Source: Alphaproteobacteria bacterium (GTDB lineage: Bacteria > Pseudomonadota > Alphaproteobacteria > UBA8366 > GCA-2717185). From it: a stretch of DNA of 52,000 nt. The DNA is taken from assembly GCA_047631095.1 (NCBI GenBank), contig JBLHZD010000001.1, forward strand, positions 1 through 52,000, in the 5' to 3' direction. The position numbers were made by a program, and so were the translations under genes. Of the stretch, positions 1 to 10,636 are shown piece by piece. A model generated the notes under the pieces. That model was given only the letters and a program-made list of their open reading frames with translations, was not told the origin of the DNA and ran no database searches. Numbering within the stretch: the first letter of the stretch is position 1; the number at the start of each line of letters is the position of its first letter.

Positions 1-594
<594 letters not shown>

Positions 595-643
595 AGACTC
601 GCATGCGGATCGGTTTTCGCTATTTATGAGGTGAGCAAGGCTC

Positions 644-1840
644 ATGAACATCCACGAACATCAGGCGAAAAGTCTGTTGAAAAAATTCGGCGTCGCCACA
701 CCTCGTGGCGGAGCCGCGTTTTCTGTTGACGAAGCCGTAACGGTCGCAAATGACCTTGGTGGCCCGATCTGGGTGGTGAAAAGTCAGATCCATGCGGGCG
801 GTCGCGGCGCCGGTAGGTTTACCGATAACCCGAATGGCGCAGGCGGCGTTCGCTTGTCCAAGTCGATCGACGACGTCAAAGCCAACGCGCAGGCGATGTT
901 GAACCACGTGCTGGTTACAAAACAAACCGGGCCTTCGGGTAAGTTGGTGAGCCGCCTTTATATCGAAGAAGGCTGCGACATCGCGCGGGAGCTTTACCTC
1001 AGCATGTTGCTGGATCGGGAAAGTAGCCAGGTCTTGATCATGGCGTCCAGCGAAGGCGGCATGGATATCGAGGATGTCGCCGAAGCGACGCCTGAAAAAA
1101 TCATCAAGCGAACCATTGACCCCATTACCGGGTTTTGCAGTTATCACGGGCGCGATATCGCGTTTGGGTTGGGGCTGGAAGGCAAACAGGTTGGCTCTTG
1201 CGTCAAATTGTTGTCGGCGATGTACAAGGCGTTTGTCGAATTGGACGCCAGCATGGTGGAGATCAATCCGCTTGTGGTCACCGGCGCAGGGGATGTCATC
1301 GCGCTGGATGCGAAAATGAATTTCGACGACAATGCCCTGTTCCGCCATGCGGATGTCGAGGCGATGCGCGACGAAAGCGAAGAAGACTCGGCGGAGTTGG
1401 CGGCGAGCAAACACGAGCTGAACTATATCACGCTCGATGGAACCATCGGCTGCATGGTCAATGGCGCCGGTCTCGCGATGGCGACGATGGATATTATCAA
1501 GCTGCATGGCGCGGCGCCGGCGAACTTTCTGGATGTCGGCGGGGGCGCGACGAAAGAGCGCGTGACCGAAGCCTTCAAGATCATCACATCAGACAAAAAT
1601 GTCGAAGGCATTCTGGTTAATATCTTCGGCGGCATTATGCGGTGCGACGTCATCGCCGAGGGCGTGGTGGCGGCGGCCCGCGAAATTGGGTTGAACCTCC
1701 CCTTGGTCGTTCGGCTGGAAGGCACAAACGTTGCTCAGGGCAAGCAGATATTAGAAGAGTCCGGGCTGACCATCGTGTCTGCAGACGATTTGGGCGATGC
1801 GGCGCAAAAAATTGTCGCCGCAGTCGAGGAGGCGCGCTGA
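644..1840 (+). CDS. sucC: succinyl-CoA ligase (ADP-forming) beta subunit
   Basis: 398 aa. The N-terminus [17 protein letters not shown] (ATP-grasp) and the motif [15 protein letters not shown] are present. sucD follows after 1 nt. Confidence 0.97.
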   Translation: MNIHEHQAKSLLKKFGVATPRGGAAFSVDEAVTVANDLGGPIWVVKSQIHAGGRGAGRFTDNPNGAGGVRLSKSIDDVKANAQAMLNHVLVTKQTGPSGKLVSRLYIEEGCDIARELYLSMLLDRESSQVLIMASSEGGMDIEDVAEATPEKIIKRTIDPITGFCSYHGRDIAFGLGLEGKQVGSCVKLLSAMYKAFVELDASMVEINPLVVTGAGDVIALDAKMNFDDNALFRHADVEAMRDESEEDSAELAASKHELNYITLDGTIGCMVNGAGLAMATMDIIKLHGAAPANFLDVGGGATKERVTEAFKIITSDKNVEGILVNIFGGIMRCDVIAEGVVAAAREIGLNLPLVVRLEGTNVAQGKQILEESGLTIVSADDLGDAAQKIVAAVEEAR

Positions 1841-1841
1841 T

Positions 1842-2717
1842 ATGGCTGTTTTGGTCAACAAGGACACGAAAGTCATTTGTCAGGGGTTTACCGGGCTACA
1901 GGGAACCTTTCATTCGGAGCAGGCCATCGCTTATGGCACGCAAATGGTTGGCGGCGTTACACCAGGTAAGGGCGGCTCGACCCATCTTGATTTGCCGGTC
2001 TTCGATACGGTGATGGATGCGGTTGAGCGAACCGGCGCCGACGCCAGCGTAATTTACGTGCCGCCGCCCTTCGCCGCCGATGCGATATTGGAGGCGATGG
2101 ACGCCGAAATCCCGCTGATCGCGTGTATTACCGAAGGCATCCCGGTGCTTGATATGGTGAATATCAAACGCAAGCTGGCGACGTCCAGCAGCCGGTTGAT
2201 CGGCCCCAACTGTCCTGGCGTCATCACGCCGGATGAATGTAAAATCGGTATTATGCCCGGCCATATTCACAAACGGGGCCGCATCGGGATCGTGTCGCGT
2301 TCCGGCACTTTGACCTATGAAGCGGTGGCGCAAACCACGCGCACAGGGTTAGGCCAAACTACCTGTATTGGTATTGGCGGCGATCCCGTGAACGGGACGA
2401 ACTTCATTGATTGCCTGGAAATGTTTCTGGGAGACCCGGAAACCGAAGGGATCATCATGATTGGCGAAATCGGCGGTACTGCGGAAGAACAGGCGGCGGA
2501 TTTCATCAAACAATCCAAAACCAAGAAGCCGGTGGTCGGATTTATAGCGGGCGTTACGGCGCCGCCGGGCAAACGAATGGGCCATGCGGGCGCCATTATT
2601 TCCGGCGGTAAAGGCACGGCGGACTCGAAAATTGACGCGATGAAAAGCGCGGGTATTAACGTGGCTGAAAGCCCGGCGTTGATTGGCGCCGCTATGCTGA
2701 AGGCCATGAACGGGTAA
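1842..2717 (+). CDS. sucD: succinyl-CoA ligase alpha subunit
   Basis: I take the start at the internal ATG 1842 ([18 protein letters not shown]), 1 nt after the sucC stop. The motif [10 protein letters not shown] and the phosphohistidine loop [10 protein letters not shown] are present. The longer 1797 ORF start overlaps sucC and is unlikely. Confidence 0.95.
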   Translation: MAVLVNKDTKVICQGFTGLQGTFHSEQAIAYGTQMVGGVTPGKGGSTHLDLPVFDTVMDAVERTGADASVIYVPPPFAADAILEAMDAEIPLIACITEGIPVLDMVNIKRKLATSSSRLIGPNCPGVITPDECKIGIMPGHIHKRGRIGIVSRSGTLTYEAVAQTTRTGLGQTTCIGIGGDPVNGTNFIDCLEMFLGDPETEGIIMIGEIGGTAEEQAADFIKQSKTKKPVVGFIAGVTAPPGKRMGHAGAIISGGKGTADSKIDAMKSAGINVAESPALIGAAMLKAMNG

Positions 2718-2823
2718 ACCGCAACGGCGCGGACCCTGCACAAAGAAAGCTTCCGGGGCTGCCGCTGGCGTCGTCAGCGTGGGCCCATGGAAACGCCAGA
2801 ACCAATAGTGGTGAGGGTTACCG

Positions 2824-5757
2824 ATGTCGATGGACGAAAATTCATTTCTGTTTGGCGCGAACGAAGCCTATATCGCGGAGCTATATGCGCGTTATACCAA
2901 GGATCCAAGCCTCGTTGAGGCGGATTGGGCCGAATTCTTCGACGATATGGGCGAAGAAGGTCAAGCGGTTCTGGACGACCTGAATGGCGCCAGCTGGGCG
3001 CCGCGCCAAACCAAAGTAATCGGTACTGGCGGCGGCGGGCCCTTCATGTCTGACGCAACTTCGGCGGGGGCGATTCCGGAGCCGACCGCGCAATCCCTGC
3101 CCGTGGGCGCGCCGGAACAAGTTCGCCAGGCGACGTCGGATTCGATCCGCGCGCTGATGTTAATCCGAAATTATCGCGTGCGCGGCCATTTACATAGCAC
3201 GTTGGATCCGCTGGGCCTGGTGAAGCCAATCCCGCACTCGGAGCTTGATCCGGAAAGCTACGGCTTTATGGAGCGCGATCTCGACCGCCCGATCTTTATC
3301 AACTATGTGCTGGGCCTGGAATCAGCGTCGATGCGCCAGATCGTCAAGGTTCTGGAAGAGACCTATTGCGGCACGATCGGCGTCGAGTACATGCATATTC
3401 AGGAAGCCGACGAAAAGGCCTGGATTCAGGAACGCATTGAATCAATCCGCAACGCCACGTCGTTCACCGATCTTGGGAAACGCACCATTTTACTGCGTTT
3501 GACCGAGGCGGAATGTTTTGAGAAATACCTGGACCGGAAACATACCGGATCGAAACGCTTTGGCCTGGATGGCGGCGAATCCGTTATCCCCGCCATTGAG
3601 CAGATTTTGAAACGCGGCGCACAGCTGGGCTTTGAAGAAGTTGTGATCGGCATGCCCCATCGCGGGCGTCTCAATATTCTCGCCAATATTATGAACAAAC
3701 CGTACCGCGCGATTTTTTCGGAATTCGCCGGTAATGCGTCGAGCCCCGAAGGCATTCAAGGATCCGGCGACGTCAAATACCACCTTGGCACCTCTGCAGA
3801 TCGTGAATTCGATGGCCATAATGTGCATTTGTCGCTGGCGCCCAACCCGAGCCATCTGGAAGCGGTGAATACGGTGGTGCTGGGCAAGGCGCGCGCGAAG
3901 CAACGTCAACTTGGCGACGTTAATCGTGAAAAAGTCGCCGCCCTGCTGCTGCATGGCGATGCGGCGTTCCCGGGGCAGGGCGTTGTGCCGGAAGCCTTCG
4001 ATCTTTCGCAATTGCGCGGCTACAAGACCGGCGGCACAATTCACTTCATCTGTAACAATCAGATCGGCTTTACCACGAGCCCGTCCCATTCCCGCTCATC
4101 GCCCTATTGCTCCGATGTTGCAAAAATGGTCGCGGCGCCAATTTTCCATGTGAACGGCGACGATCCGGAAGCTTGCGTCCATATTGCGCGGATTGCGACG
4201 GAATATCGCCAGAAGTTCAAAAAAGACGTCGTGATTGATTTGTGGTGTTACCGTCGCCATGGGCACAATGAATCAGACGAGCCCATGTTCACCCAGCCGC
4301 ACATGTATAAGAGAATTGCGCAACATCTGACCACGCGTAAGCTCTATGCGGATCAGTTGGAAGCGGAAGGGGTGCTGGAGGCAGGCGAGGGCGATAAGAT
4401 AGTCGCTCAGTTCATGTCGAAACTGGATGAGGAATTCGAAGCGTCCGCCTCTTATAAGCCGAATAAGGCGAATTGGCTGGAAGGCCATTGGGAAGGTTTT
4501 AACGCCGCGAGCGGCGACGCTCGCCGTGGCGAAACGGCGGTGCCCATGAATATTCTTCAGGAGGTCGGACACGCGATCTCTGAACCGCCGAAGAATATGA
4601 ATATCAATCGCAAAATTTTGCGTCAGCTGGATAACAAGCGGAAGATGTTTGAATCCGGGGAAGGGCTGGATTGGTCGACCGCCGAAGCTTTGTCTTTTGG
4701 AACATTACTAATTGAGTCCACTCAGGTTCGGTTGTCGGGTGAGGATTGCCGCCGCGGTACGTTCAGTCAGCGCCATGCAGTGCTGATCGATCAGGACACT
4801 GAGGAAGATTATATCCCGGTCAACAATATCCGTTTTGGCCAGGCGCCATTCGAGGTGATCGACAGCCCACTTTCGGAATTCGGCGTTTTGGGTTTTGAAT
4901 ATGGCTACAGTTCCGCCGAACCTCATGCGCTGGTTATATGGGAAGCGCAGTTCGGCGATTTCGCCAATGGCGCGCAGGTCATTATAGACCAGTTCATTTC
5001 GTCCGGCGAAACCAAATGGCTGCGCATGAACGGATTGGTTATGTTGCTGCCCCATGGTTATGAAGGCCAGGGACCGGAACATTCCTCCGCTCGACTGGAA
5101 CGCTATCTGCAGCTTTGTGGTGAAGACAATATGCAGGTTTGTAACATCACCACACCGGCGAATTATTTCCATATGCTGCGTCGACAGGTCCATCGGGATT
5201 TCCGTAAACCCTTGATCGTGATGACGCCCAAATCACTGCTGCGCCATAAACGCTGTGTGTCCCGGCTGGAGGAATTCGCAACCGGGACCAGTTTCCATCG
5301 GGTCTTGTGGGATGACGCAAAAATGGCCGGGCAACTGGTGTCGGACGAGAAAATCCGGCGGGTCGTATTGTGTACCGGCAAGGTTTATTTCGATCTGTTG
5401 GAGGAACGCGAAAAACGTGGCGTCAAGGATGTTTGCATCCTGCGTCTCGAGCAACTATATCCCTTCCCGCGCAAAGCGCTGCGCGAGGAACTGGCGCAGT
5501 TTAAAAAGGCGGAAATCGTCTGGTGTCAGGAAGAACCGGAGAATATGGGGGCCTGGACCTTCGTTGACCGGAAAGTGGAAGCGATCATGACCGAACTGGA
5601 TATGGATTATCAGCGACCACGCTATGTCGGGCGTGCGGAAGCGGCAGCCCCAGCGACAGGGTTGATGAGCCGCCATGTCAAGGAACAGGCCGCGCTTGTT
5701 GATGAAGCGTTGAGTGTGCCAGTGGCGCGGAAGCGCCGGACACGCGCCAAGAAATAA
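2824..5757 (+). CDS. sucA: 2-oxoglutarate dehydrogenase E1 component
   Basis: 977 aa, with E1o motifs HGDAAFPGQGVV and LLPHGYEGQGPEHSSARLERYLQ. A GAGGG lies 6 nt upstream of the ATG. Confidence 0.97.
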   Translation: MSMDENSFLFGANEAYIAELYARYTKDPSLVEADWAEFFDDMGEEGQAVLDDLNGASWAPRQTKVIGTGGGGPFMSDATSAGAIPEPTAQSLPVGAPEQVRQATSDSIRALMLIRNYRVRGHLHSTLDPLGLVKPIPHSELDPESYGFMERDLDRPIFINYVLGLESASMRQIVKVLEETYCGTIGVEYMHIQEADEKAWIQERIESIRNATSFTDLGKRTILLRLTEAECFEKYLDRKHTGSKRFGLDGGESVIPAIEQILKRGAQLGFEEVVIGMPHRGRLNILANIMNKPYRAIFSEFAGNASSPEGIQGSGDVKYHLGTSADREFDGHNVHLSLAPNPSHLEAVNTVVLGKARAKQRQLGDVNREKVAALLLHGDAAFPGQGVVPEAFDLSQLRGYKTGGTIHFICNNQIGFTTSPSHSRSSPYCSDVAKMVAAPIFHVNGDDPEACVHIARIATEYRQKFKKDVVIDLWCYRRHGHNESDEPMFTQPHMYKRIAQHLTTRKLYADQLEAEGVLEAGEGDKIVAQFMSKLDEEFEASASYKPNKANWLEGHWEGFNAASGDARRGETAVPMNILQEVGHAISEPPKNMNINRKILRQLDNKRKMFESGEGLDWSTAEALSFGTLLIESTQVRLSGEDCRRGTFSQRHAVLIDQDTEEDYIPVNNIRFGQAPFEVIDSPLSEFGVLGFEYGYSSAEPHALVIWEAQFGDFANGAQVIIDQFISSGETKWLRMNGLVMLLPHGYEGQGPEHSSARLERYLQLCGEDNMQVCNITTPANYFHMLRRQVHRDFRKPLIVMTPKSLLRHKRCVSRLEEFATGTSFHRVLWDDAKMAGQLVSDEKIRRVVLCTGKVYFDLLEEREKRGVKDVCILRLEQLYPFPRKALREELAQFKKAEIVWCQEEPENMGAWTFVDRKVEAIMTELDMDYQRPRYVGRAEAAAPATGLMSRHVKEQAALVDEALSVPVARKRRTRAKK

Positions 5758-5792
5758 TGCGAACCCGCAAATAATCGGAGCTACAAATCACC

Positions 5793-7082
5793 ATGTCTAC
5801 GGAAATTAAGGTGCCCGTCCTGGGCGAATCCGTAACCGAAGCGACGGTCGCGCAATGGTATAAACAAATTGGCGACGCCGTGACGGCGGATGAGCCGCTT
5901 GTTGAGCTGGAAACCGACAAAGTGACGGTTGAGGTCCCCGCGCCCACCAGCGGCGTTTTGACCGAAATAATGGTCGCGGATGGCGTGAATGTTGAAGTCG
6001 GCGCCGTTTTGGGTGCTATCGTGGAAGGCGCTGTCGCTTCAGCCGCCGCGCCAGTTTCTGCGCCTGCGCCTGCGCCGGAACCCGAAGCCGCGCCTGCGCC
6101 GGAACCCGAAGTCGCGCCTGTCGCCGCTGCGCCCGCAAAAAATACGACGCTGTCGCCTGCGGTTCGAAAACTGGTTGATGACAACAAGCTTGACCCGTCC
6201 GCTATTTCACCGACCGGCGCCAAGGGACAATTGACCAAGGGCGATGTGCTCGCCTTTATGGAACAACAAGCGAATGCGCCGGCGCCCGCGCCAGCGGCGC
6301 CAAAACCGGCCGCCCCTGCTGTTGTGGCCGCCACGCCGACAATCGTTCCCGCCAGTTCCCTACCCGAACGCCGGGCCGACCCGCGCGGGGAAGAAGTTGT
6401 GCGCATGTCGCGATTGCGCCAGCGTATCGCCGAGCGGCTAAAGCAGGCGCAGAACAATGCGGCTATGCTCACCACGTTCAATGAAGTGGACATGGGCGCG
6501 TTGATGCAGCTGCGGAGCGAATACCGCGATAAATTCGAGAAAAAGCACAATGTGCGGCTCGGCTTTTTATCGTTTTTCATCAAGGCGGCGATACTCGCCC
6601 TGAAGGAAATTCCGGCGGTGAACGCGGAAGTTTATGGCGATCAGCTGATCTACAAAAACTATTATGATATCGGTGTCGCCGTGGGTACGCCGCAAGGTCT
6701 GGTCGTACCGGTTCTACGCGGCGCTGATGAACAAAGTTTCGCCGGTATCGAGCGGACAATTTCCGATTTTGGGCGTCGCGCACGCGACGGCAAACTAACG
6801 ATTGCGGAAATGACCGGCGGCACCTTCACCATTTCCAATGGCGGCGTTTACGGATCGCTGTTGTCCACGCCAATTCTCAACCCACCGCAATCGGGTATTC
6901 TGGGGATGCATAAAATTCAGAAACGCGCGATGGTCGTCGGCGACGAGATCAAGATTTGTAATATGATGTATCTGGCCTTGTCTTATGATCACCGTGTCGT
7001 GGATGGACGCGAAGCGGTGACGTTTCTGGTCCGGATGAAAGAATGCCTGGAAGATCCACAGCGTTTGCTGATCGACGTTTAA
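5793..7082 (+). CDS. sucB: dihydrolipoyllysine-residue succinyltransferase, E2 of 2-oxoglutarate dehydrogenase
   Basis: It has an N-terminal lipoyl domain ([12 protein letters not shown]), an Ala/Pro linker and the catalytic motif [12 protein letters not shown]. Confidence 0.95.
   Translation: MSTEIKVPVLGESVTEATVAQWYKQIGDAVTADEPLVELETDKVTVEVPAPTSGVLTEIMVADGVNVEVGAVLGAIVEGAVASAAAPVSAPAPAPEPEAAPAPEPEVAPVAAAPAKNTTLSPAVRKLVDDNKLDPSAISPTGAKGQLTKGDVLAFMEQQANAPAPAPAAPKPAAPAVVAATPTIVPASSLPERRADPRGEEVVRMSRLRQRIAERLKQAQNNAAMLTTFNEVDMGALMQLRSEYRDKFEKKHNVRLGFLSFFIKAAILALKEIPAVNAEVYGDQLIYKNYYDIGVAVGTPQGLVVPVLRGADEQSFAGIERTISDFGRRARDGKLTIAEMTGGTFTISNGGVYGSLLSTPILNPPQSGILGMHKIQKRAMVVGDEIKICNMMYLALSYDHRVVDGREAVTFLVRMKECLEDPQRLLIDV
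6067..6114 (+). repeat. tandem 24-nt duplication inside the sucB Ala/Pro linker
   Basis: gcgcctgcgccggaacccgaagCc is followed immediately by gcgcctgcgccggaacccgaagTc. The two copies encode APAPEPEA and APAPEPEV. Confidence 0.8.
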
Positions 7083-7107
7083 CTCTTAAAGACCGGGAAG
7101 TAAGTTC

Positions 7108-8517
7108 ATGACTGATGCGCCCTATGATCTGATCGTCATCGGCGGTGGGCCGGGCGGCTATGTCGCGGCCATTCGCGCCGCCCAGCTTGGCTTGACTGTC
7201 GCCTGCGTTGAAAAACGCAGCACGCTTGGCGGAAGCTGCCTCAATGTCGGGTGCATCCCTTCCAAGGCGTTATTGCGTAGCTCGGAACTGTATGCGGAAA
7301 CGAAACACGGCTTGGAAGCCCATGGCGTCAAGGTTGGTTCGGTGACGCTGGATCTGGACGCCATGATGGCGCGCAAGGACAAGGTTGTGTTCGATTTGAC
7401 GGGCGGGATCGCGTTTCTGTTCAAGAAAAACAAGATCGACTACATCGAAGGAACAGGCGCAATTGAAAGCGCAACGGCGGTGACTGTGACGGATGCGGGC
7501 GACGAAATCCGGCGGCTGGAAACGAAAAATATTCTGATTGCGACCGGATCTGAGAGTATATCGATCCCCGGCGTCGAGGTTGATGAAGCCAAGATTGTCA
7601 GCTCGACTGGCGCGCTGGCGCTTAAAAAGGTCCCAAAACATCTGGTGGTCATCGGCGGCGGTTATATCGGCTTGGAAATGGCGTCGGTTTGGGGCCGCCT
7701 GGGCGCGGAAATCACCTGTGTTGAATTTCTTGACCGCATCACCCCGGGCATGGATGGCGAGGTCTCGAAAACCTTCCAGCGCATCCTGAAAAAGCAGGGC
7801 ATTAAATTCAAATTGGGAACCAAAGTCACCGCCGCTAAGAAAACCCGCGCGGGCGTGACATTGACCATTGAACCGTCGAAAGGCGGCGACGCGGCGCAGA
7901 TCAAATGCGACGTCGTTCTCGTCGCCGTGGGGCGGCGTCCCTACACCGAAGGCCTGGGACTGGACGATGTCGGCGTTAATTTGGATGAACGCGGCTTTAT
8001 CGATATTGATGATGGGTTCCGGACGTCGACGGCTGGAATCTTCGCCATTGGCGACTGCGTGCGGGGTCCCATGCTGGCGCATAAGGCGGAAGACGAAGGG
8101 GTTGTTTGCGCGGAAATTATTGCGGGTCAATCCGGGCATATCAATTACGACGCCATTCCCGGCATCGTCTATACGTGGCCGGAAGTCGCCAGCGTCGGCA
8201 AAACCGAGGAACAGTTAAAAGAGGCGGGGATCGCCTATAAAGCGGGTAAATTCCCGTTCACCGCCAACAGCCGCGCGCGCGCTGCGGGGGAAAGCGACGG
8301 GTTTGTTAAAATCCTGGCGGATGCGACGAATGACGCGGTTTTGGGCGCGCATATCATCGGGCCGGACGCCGGCAGTTTAATCCATGAGATCGTCACGATT
8401 ATGGAATTTGGCGGATCGGCGGAAGACATCGCGCGGACCTGTCATGGGCATCCGACGTTCAATGAAGCGGTGAAGGAAGCTGCCTTGGCGGTAGATGGCA
8501 GACCGATCCACATGTAA
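7108..8517 (+). CDS. lpdA: dihydrolipoyl dehydrogenase (E3)
   Basis: 469 aa. It has the FAD fold GGGPGGYVAAIRAAQLG, the redox-active disulfide GGSCLNVGCIPSK and the C-terminal motif CHGHPTFNEA. Confidence 0.95.
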   Translation: MTDAPYDLIVIGGGPGGYVAAIRAAQLGLTVACVEKRSTLGGSCLNVGCIPSKALLRSSELYAETKHGLEAHGVKVGSVTLDLDAMMARKDKVVFDLTGGIAFLFKKNKIDYIEGTGAIESATAVTVTDAGDEIRRLETKNILIATGSESISIPGVEVDEAKIVSSTGALALKKVPKHLVVIGGGYIGLEMASVWGRLGAEITCVEFLDRITPGMDGEVSKTFQRILKKQGIKFKLGTKVTAAKKTRAGVTLTIEPSKGGDAAQIKCDVVLVAVGRRPYTEGLGLDDVGVNLDERGFIDIDDGFRTSTAGIFAIGDCVRGPMLAHKAEDEGVVCAEIIAGQSGHINYDAIPGIVYTWPEVASVGKTEEQLKEAGIAYKAGKFPFTANSRARAAGESDGFVKILADATNDAVLGAHIIGPDAGSLIHEIVTIMEFGGSAEDIARTCHGHPTFNEAVKEAALAVDGRPIHM

Positions 8518-8809
8518 TGTGACCCATTCCCCGGCCCCCGCATCCGGCGTAACGAGGTTTCGCCGTTACGTGATTCTGGCTGCGGGCTGGTTTTTCGTTG
8601 TCTTGGGCGTTTTAGGCCTGTTTTTGCCTATTCTGCAGGGCGTTCTTTTCCTGGCGATCGGGTTTTATTTGTTATCGCAGGAATCGCCCTGGGCTCGACG
8701 GTTTATTGATAAAATGCGCCAGCGCTACCCGCGATTAGGCAAGACTTTCGACGCGGCGCGTCTGCGTGCGGCGCGGATCGCGCGTCGATTTCAGCGTAAA
8801 TCGAGATGA
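8495..8809 (+). CDS. small two-TM membrane protein, PGPGW/DUF454 (YbaN)-like
   Basis: There are two hydrophobic helices (YVILAAGWFFVVLGVLGLFLP.. and ..GVLFLAIGFYLL) followed by SQESPWARRF. This layout resembles the PGPGW and YbaN families. The start is uncertain: ATG 8495 overlaps lpdA, and an in-frame GTG at 8519 is an alternative. The stop overlaps the next start (ATGA). Confidence 0.5.
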   Translation: MADRSTCNVTHSPAPASGVTRFRRYVILAAGWFFVVLGVLGLFLPILQGVLFLAIGFYLLSQESPWARRFIDKMRQRYPRLGKTFDAARLRAARIARRFQRKSR

Positions 8810-10020
8810 AATCGCTCTCACCTTTGTCGTTGCTGATTACGATGTGTCTGGCCCAGGGACTGGCCATGCTCACGGGCTCTACTTTCGCCGCGCTCTTGCC
8901 GGTTTTTCAAATGGAATGGCGCTTGAGTAATACGGAGGCGGGCTGGATCAGCGGTGTCTTTTTTGCGGGCTATGTCGTTGCGGTCCCGGTATTGGTCAGC
9001 CTTACAGATCGTCTGGATTCGCGAAAAATTTATCTGGTGTCTGCGGCGATTAACACTGTGGCGGGGATCGGGTTCGCGTATTTTTCAGACGGCGTCTGGA
9101 GTTCCAGTTTCTGGCGAATCCTGCAAGGCGTGGGACTGGCGGGCGTTTATATGCCGGGCTTGAAAGCATTGACAGACCGGCTACCCGAAAACCGCCATGG
9201 TCGCGCTATCGCGTATTACACGTCGTCCTTTGGCGTCGGCTCCAGTATTTCCTATCTCCTGGCGGGGGAGATCAATGTGGTGCTGGATTGGCAATGGGCG
9301 TTCTATTTGTCCTCAGTTGGTCCAGCGCTTTCATTCGTGATCGCCTTGGTCTTCTTGTCACCGAAAGCGCCGGCCGAGGCCCCTTCAACAGGGCTACTGG
9401 ATTTCAGGCCGGTCTTCCGCAATCGCCAGGCGGTTTCCTACACTTTGGCTTATATGGTCCATAATGTGGAATTGTTCGCCATGCGCTCCTGGCTGGTGGC
9501 GTATTTGTTTTTTTCCAAAGGACTACAGGCGGACGGCGCCTTTGGCGCGCTATGGCGGCTGACCATTATCGCGACGGTGGTCAACGCCTTGTCGATGCCC
9601 GCCAGTGTGATTGGCAACGAACTAGCGCAAAAATTTGGACGGCTACCGGTGCTTGTCGGCGTCATGACGACATCCTGCGCCACAGCCATCGCCTTGGGGT
9701 TTTCTGCGTCGGCGCCGTATTGGGTCGTGCTCTCGCTGTTCTTCCTGTACGGGCTTACCGTCTCCGCCGATTCTTCGACAATTACCGGCGGCGCCGTCGC
9801 CGCCGCCGATCCACGCTATCGCGGCGCGACAATGGCCGTGCACTCGATGATCGGGTTTATCGGCTCCATGGCGGGGCCGATTATATTCGGCATCGTGCTT
9901 GATGTGGGCGGTGGTGAGTTGAACTCGTGGGCTTGGGGGCTAAGTTTCACAACCATCGGTCTGATCGTTCTGACGGGCCCGCTGTTCATCTATTTCTGGG
10001 GCGGTGATCGAAAACCCTGA
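8806..10020 (+). CDS. MFS transporter
   Basis: 404 aa and hydrophobic throughout, with about 12 predicted helices. The cytoplasmic loop motif DRLDSRK after TM2 is typical of MFS proteins. The start overlaps the previous stop. Confidence 0.8.
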   Translation: MKSLSPLSLLITMCLAQGLAMLTGSTFAALLPVFQMEWRLSNTEAGWISGVFFAGYVVAVPVLVSLTDRLDSRKIYLVSAAINTVAGIGFAYFSDGVWSSSFWRILQGVGLAGVYMPGLKALTDRLPENRHGRAIAYYTSSFGVGSSISYLLAGEINVVLDWQWAFYLSSVGPALSFVIALVFLSPKAPAEAPSTGLLDFRPVFRNRQAVSYTLAYMVHNVELFAMRSWLVAYLFFSKGLQADGAFGALWRLTIIATVVNALSMPASVIGNELAQKFGRLPVLVGVMTTSCATAIALGFSASAPYWVVLSLFFLYGLTVSADSSTITGGAVAAADPRYRGATMAVHSMIGFIGSMAGPIIFGIVLDVGGGELNSWAWGLSFTTIGLIVLTGPLFIYFWGGDRKP

Positions 10021-10043
10021 GCTTTCGTCATTATTTGGCGCGG

Positions 10044-10562
10044 TTATTTGTTCAGAATATTTTCCAGCACATCCAGCAATAAATTTGTGCCTTTTTGGAT
10101 TAGCACAACATCGTCGCCCACCAAAACGCGTTCCACGCCAATGGGAAGAGGGGCGAGTTGCGATTCAAGGTTTGAGGGAAGGCGTCGTTTCGCCAACCCC
10201 GGCGGCAACGCTTTCCGCTTTGCAAGACCGGCTGGTAATTGGTTTCGGCGAGCGAGGCCGGGCGGCGTCTGCTTGGATTTTCCCTTACCGTGTTTAAATT
10301 TCTTTTTCTTGCCGGACTTATGCTTCCAATGTTTCCGGCTTTTGCGCTTTTCCGATTTTTGAGAAGAATGTTGACCCTGCCCCACTCGACCGCTGTTTTC
10401 AGGGTTCCGTAATCCAATGGATTCGTAAAACCGCTTGATGGCGCGCTTTTCAATTTCAGTAAAGACAACCTGGCTAACATCTGTCTGTGCGCGGGCCGTT
10501 CGCTCCGCGCCGATGAGGCAGAACAACATTGCCGCCAAGGCTATATTTATAATTTTTCGCAT
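10044..10562 (-). CDS. secreted, highly basic CigR-like (anti-virulence regulator family) protein
   Basis: It has a signal peptide MRKIINIALAAMLFCLIGAERTARA and a Lys/His-rich run. The motif (L)PxGLA(K/R)R occurs three times. The C-terminal VLVGDDVVLIQKGTNLLLDVL is typical of the CigR family as I recall it. Confidence 0.55.
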   Translation of the reverse strand: MRKIINIALAAMLFCLIGAERTARAQTDVSQVVFTEIEKRAIKRFYESIGLRNPENSGRVGQGQHSSQKSEKRKSRKHWKHKSGKKKKFKHGKGKSKQTPPGLARRNQLPAGLAKRKALPPGLAKRRLPSNLESQLAPLPIGVERVLVGDDVVLIQKGTNLLLDVLENILNK

Positions 10563-10636
10563 TTCCCAACTCCTGCATCCATCAATACCCGGTACCCAGT
10601 TTCCAGAGTGTACAGGAAATCAGGTGAAACAGGTGG

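Noticed and set aside
620-1507. 295-aa ORF antisense to sucC
   Set aside because: It is a shadow ORF typical of GC-rich DNA. It overlaps a strongly supported gene completely, is Arg/His/Ala-biased, and has no recognisable motif.
6067-6114. 24-nt tandem duplication in sucB as something unusual
   Set aside because: It lies in the flexible Ala/Pro inter-domain linker of E2, where length variation by repeat expansion is normal. It is kept only as a repeat feature.
5678-6583. 301-aa ORF antisense to the sucA end and the sucB linker
   Set aside because: It is a low-complexity Ala/Ser/Gly translation of the reverse strand of the E2 Ala/Pro linker. sucB on the plus strand is unambiguous.
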